Below, in pieces: positions 46,223 through 48,035 of a stretch of DNA of 48,035 bases. The stretch spans positions 65,474,012 to 65,522,046 of the forward strand of contig NC_068987.1 of the NCBI RefSeq assembly GCF_001194135.2, in the 5' to 3' direction. How positions within the stretch are numbered: position 1 is the first letter of the stretch; each line of letters starts with the position of its first letter. The position numbers and the translations under genes were made by a program. Below the pieces are notes generated by a model. The model had not been told where the DNA came from and made no database searches. It was given only the letters and a program-made list of their open reading frames with translations. Origin of the DNA: Octopus bimaculoides. Taxonomy: Eukaryota.

Positions 46223-46967
46223 NNNNNNNNNNACACACACACACACAAACACGAACACATGTATATACATGAATTCATGTATGTGTGTATGTCTTTGTAT
46301 TAAAAATTTTTGAATATGTTTGCAAGGAAGGAGCTGGTTTCTAGCAAAGATCCAAAACTCTATCGCTTTGAATAATAACACGGTCTGTTAGTCAACATCA
46401 TCATAGTATACAATATCCAAGACCGATGATCAATTGACAAAGATTCTTGCATAATTAACATGATTAAAATTACAATGAGCGAAAACAAATATCTCATCTG
46501 TGTCAATGGCATTAATTTGGATAAAAATATTAAGAGGCATTGAATACCGCATGTAAAAAATTTCTTATGTTCTTAATTGAAAAAGAAAGCAACGACATAT
46601 ACTTACCTTGTTCAAAGCATGAAAATTGATTGTAGGAGATTAATTCTTAATTTCTCAAAATCATTTCCCTTTTCTTCGAGAATTGTTAAAAATTACTAGT
46701 CGATTTTCGTTACATTTTCATCTAAGAAGATATCGAATATACTACAATTTTTACGAACGGCATTCAGTGCAACATCCTTAATTTATGGAAGAAACGGTTA
46801 TGTCATTCCCGAAATTTATTTTAGAAATTGAGATATGAAGGAAGAAATATAATCATTTGGGGCAATTTGAAGAATGCGCAAACATTTAAAAAAGAAGTGT
46901 CAAGTTACTGCCCGCTCTCACTTACTGGAAAAAGATCTCCAAATCATTACATTCCTCGTCATAATTG

Positions 46968-47350
46968 TCCATCCATCCATCCATCCATCCATCCATCCAC
47001 CCACCCATCTTTACCGCATACTATTTCCGAAAAATCGTAAAGGTAGAGTTCTCAGGTACCTCCTTCATAGGGCCCTATCAGAATCAATAGTCATTACACT
47101 TTCCGGCAGGACTTCGAAGTGTGACCAACCGAAACTACAAATATTATCCAATCATTTTGTTCTTGACTTACCCCTAGGTCACCCGCCGATTGGGTCGGCT
47201 TGAAGAACCCATCATGAGATTCTTTCTTGCGAAATTCTGATTACATGTCCATGGTACCAGTGCTATGGTCTCCCTATTCCGTGAAGTAGCAGCTCGACCT
47301 TGAGAGACTTTCTGATCTCTGCATTATGTACCTTGTCGAATGACGTTGCT
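46968..47350 (-). mobile_element. RTE-clade LINE 3' end with (GGAT)n tail
   Basis: Minus-strand RTK*LDNICSFGWSHFEVLPESVMTIDSDRAL*RRYLRTLPLR followed by (GGAT)n, read as (CCAT)n at 46968-47005. Confidence 0.8.
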
Positions 47351-47991
47351 CCAGAGAAATAAAAAAAAAAAAAAGATAATAGAGTAGATTGTAAAACTAA
47401 ATGCGATCTTCAACGTATTAAAGAAAAAAATGCTTAAAATTCTATCATGATGTACAATATTTGACCCAGACTGCTGGGAGAATAATGAGTTTTAAATTCT
47501 ACTAAAAATAAATACTATATAAAAGTTTCTTTTATTTACTAGAATTATTTCAATCAACAAAACAAGGTCATGCTAAAAAAATAATTGAGAGTATAATGTT
47601 TAAAAAAAGGCTAATGTTTAAGATCCCAGTTCATGGATATATTGTGGAAACAAAAACAGGTCAATTAGCAAAAAAAAAAAAAAAGTGCAAAGATAAATGA
47701 TAGGAAATCTATTTCAACTAAAATCATTTAAAAATTAATCAGTCAAATGTGGAGAGATAACCAAGAAGAATCAATAGATAAGCTATCAAAAGTTAACCTG
47801 CCATTAATTCTACCAGATTTATGATCTTACAAAACTTATCAGTTTGTGAACTATGTAAATAAACAAGAATTTTGTTGGCTTCCAACGGATCATATTTCAC
47901 TAAATTATACTAGTGTTATCTTAAAGATAATGCATTTGACATTGGGTTTGGGTTTTCTATATGATGATTAATTAATTGATGCATCGTGTTT

Positions 47992-47993
<2 letters not shown>

Positions 47994-48035
<42 letters not shown>
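47994..48035. repeat. (TA)n microsatellite at window end
   Basis: Direct reading. Confidence 0.95.

Noticed and set aside
46600-46935. Two consensus minus-strand donors (CAAG|GTAAGT at 46607, CCA|GTAAGT at about 46927)
   Set aside because: No open frame links plausible acceptors to the donors, and the upstream segment abuts an RTE tail; only a non-coding exon remains possible and is unsupported
1-48035. SINE heads as tRNA genes; SINE arrays as CRISPR-like repeats
   Set aside because: Heads lack complete cloverleaves and continue into SINE bodies; array units are about 200 bp, diverged, without spacer architecture or cas genes in a eukaryotic context

Overview
AT-rich, gapped eukaryotic draft-assembly sequence (13 N-runs, about 3.1 kb). 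Its repeat content (tRNA-derived SINEs, Penelope-like, RTE, CR1, Tx1 and R4/Dong elements, dense microsatellites) looks like a cephalopod, probably Octopus; that assignment is from recall of such sequence, not from a search. No intact protein-coding gene, rRNA, tRNA gene or CRISPR array could be supported. Every recognisable coding stretch is a decayed transposon: a 5'-truncated Tx1/L1-clade LINE (7.2-10.35 kb), a CR1-type LINE fused to a Neptune-like Penelope element (29.7-33.4 kb), four more Penelope fragments, four RTE 3' ends, three R4/Dong fragments, and mariner, Tc1, hAT and Helentron-like pieces. About 30 SINE copies of at least five families are also present. Best leads: (1) a tandem pair of minimal, non-canonical hammerhead-ribozyme-like motifs exactly 120 bp apart (45.4-45.6 kb), with related relics at other Penelope-type ends; (2) a SINE tail that appears homologous to the 3' end of the resident Tx1 LINE, suggesting an unusual SINE-LINE partnership; (3) a 372-bp foldback palindrome; (4) an apparent microhomology-templated 330-bp insertion; (5) a perfect 28-bp palindrome with an RFX X-box-like core; (6) an ETS/YY1-motif promoter-like island and one weak exon candidate. 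All alignments and translations were done by eye, and TE boundaries are approximate unless a TSD or TIR is quoted.
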